From assembly GCF_009834535.1 (NCBI RefSeq), contig NC_045697.1:7008001-7072000 (forward strand): 64,000 nucleotides of DNA. The letters are read 5' to 3'. Positions 62,341-64,000 of the stretch are shown piece by piece (the stretch's first letter is position 1; each line of letters starts with the position of its first letter). The DNA comes from Camelus ferus. Taxonomy: Eukaryota. The translations under genes were made by a program, and so were the position numbers. The notes beneath the pieces are model-generated. The model searched no databases and was not told where the DNA came from. It saw only the letters and a program-made list of their open reading frames with translations.

Positions 62341-63208
62341 TCCCCATTTCACGGATGAGGACACTGAGAAACATAATTTAATACCTTGCCCAATGTCATA
62401 GTGCAAGACATTAGAGGACTGGTTATTCAAAGGCCATCAGCTGTCTGGCCCCAGATCTGAGCACGTATCACTCTCCTCCACTGTCTTCCCCTGAAACAAC
62501 GACTTGGAGATCATAGATCTTTAAATCAGCATTGACCTCTGGTCAACATACCTGTGTGACTTGAGCAAGGTCAATTTCTCTAACTACAAAATGATCATAG
62601 TATCAACTCTGCAGAGACTGCAAAAACACACACAAACGAAGCTGCAGCCTCTGGCACACAGTAGGTTTTCAATAAGTAAGTGGGTCAAGTTTAGTCTTAT
62701 TATCAAGATTATTATTGTGACTATGATGGACAAGGTACCACCGCCTACGGCCCTGGAATAAAACCAGCGTCTCTCAGGTGCATCCGGTGCCTGGCTTCAT
62801 TGTTCTCTTGCAAAGGCAGAGACTCCGTTCTGCATAGACTGCAGACCCGGAATGCTAATTTCTCTCACTTTCTGTCCCTGCCCCTGGTTTAGAATGGCAG
62901 GCCGACCGGAGGGACGCATACCCCGGTGAAGCTGTTTTGACTCTGACTTCAGGGCCCTTGAGAGCCACGTGACTTCCCAGGAATAAGTTTCTCACTTCTG
63001 ATCATTTTTTCCAGGGCCGAGCGAGCAGCCTCATGGCACCTCTCACCATTTCGCCATGAAGAACTCATCTGCGGTGGTGACAAAGGCTGCTGAGTGTGGA
63101 AGGAATCTGAAGTTGTTTATCGCACAACTGGGTTGGGGATTGTGGTTAGTTAAATGCCTCAGAAGTAAAAGTTGGTGCCAAACCTCTTACCCTCCCAAGT
63201 CGTTTCTT

Positions 63209-63480
63209 TTTTTTATTTTATTTATTTTTTTATTGAAGTGTAGTTGGCTTACAATGTTAGTTTCAGCAACTGTACAGCAAAGCACTTCAGTTATACATAC
63301 ACATACATGAATATGTATTTTTCAGATTCTTTTCCATTGTATGTTATTACAAGAAATTGAATATTGTTCTCTGTGCTATATAGTAAGTCCTTGTTGTTTG
63401 TTTTATATGTAGTAATTTGTATCTGTTAATCCCAAACTCCTAATTTATCCGTCCCCTGCCTTTTCCCCTTTGATAACCAC
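63209..63480 (-). mobile_element. Short L1 3' end with 13-bp TSD caagtc(g/a)tttctt
   Basis: TSD at 63196-63208 and 63481-63493 (one mismatch at a CpG); body ttttattgaagtgtagttggcttacaatgttag..cccaaactcctaatttatcc. Confidence 0.92.
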
Positions 63481-64000
63481 CAAGTCATTTCTTATAGTCT
63501 CTGAAATCTTCTTACTGGGGGTAATAGTACTAAAGAAAAGTTAAAGAAAAGGGAAACAAGACCAAAAAAAAAGTGGGGTTGAGGGGATAAGACAAACAAA
63601 TAAATTAACACCTTCCTTATTAAAAGAGGCTTCCTGAGAACCACTGAACTCTCCCAGGGCTCAGTAGCAAGGGGACCTCAATTTACATAGACATGTGGGA
63701 GTTAGAGCCCATCCCGCCTAAACACCTAAGGCAAAGTGCCTCCCATAACGGAGTTTAACCCTGGCTGGCTGTTGCTATGGAGGCTGTCTTGTTTATTGTT
63801 TCTGTTTGCCTTTGTCAAATGCTGTGCGTAGAAACAGAGTGTCCTGGGAGTTTAGAATGCAACCAAAAAAAAAAAAATCTATTATTGGCAAAAAGATTGG
63901 TTTTGGTTTTGCAAGGATTGGGATTATTTACTCTTCTGTCGGTTGGCTAGAGATGGGGAGCCCAGAAAGGAGAGAGCTGGACCCTCTCCTGCCTTCCCCA

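Noticed and set aside
1..64000. CRISPR array, prokaryotic operon or defence system, or multi-exon gene
   Set aside because: The sequence is mammalian repeat-rich DNA with no regular repeat-spacer array and no exon I can support. Small or non-coding exons cannot be excluded without transcript data.

Overview
Mammalian non-coding DNA (intergenic or deep intronic), most likely from a camelid. This is inferred from three tRNA-Ala-derived SINEs resembling camelid Vic-1 and from the absence of recognisable Alu, Bov-tA, PRE-1 or Can-SINE copies. I found no intact protein-coding gene, RNA gene or CRISPR array. ORF-track entries are either decayed transposon reading frames (hAT transposase, L1 ORF1/ORF2) or chance ORFs. 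Much of the window is repeat fossils: a Cheshire/MER58-type hAT-Charlie transposon, many L1 pieces, L2, MIR, MaLR/ERVL/ERV1 LTRs and MER DNA elements. The most interesting observations are: (1) a central domain (~20-43 kb) where ancient repeats are unusually CpG-rich, suggesting GC-biased gene conversion or germline hypomethylation, and where E-box motifs appear inside a MIR; (2) three short 5'-inverted L1 insertions, one of which also carries an inverted copy of its own flank, forming a 26-bp hairpin; (3) a poly(A)-only retro-insertion with a 12-bp TSD; (4) a probable internally deleted L1; (5) an intact-looking ERV1 solo LTR promoter; and (6) several repeat-free, homeodomain-motif-rich enhancer candidates. 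I see no evidence for a new multi-gene system. Repeat family names come from recalled consensus sequences, not from a search. Boundaries without a stated TSD are approximate (tens of bp).
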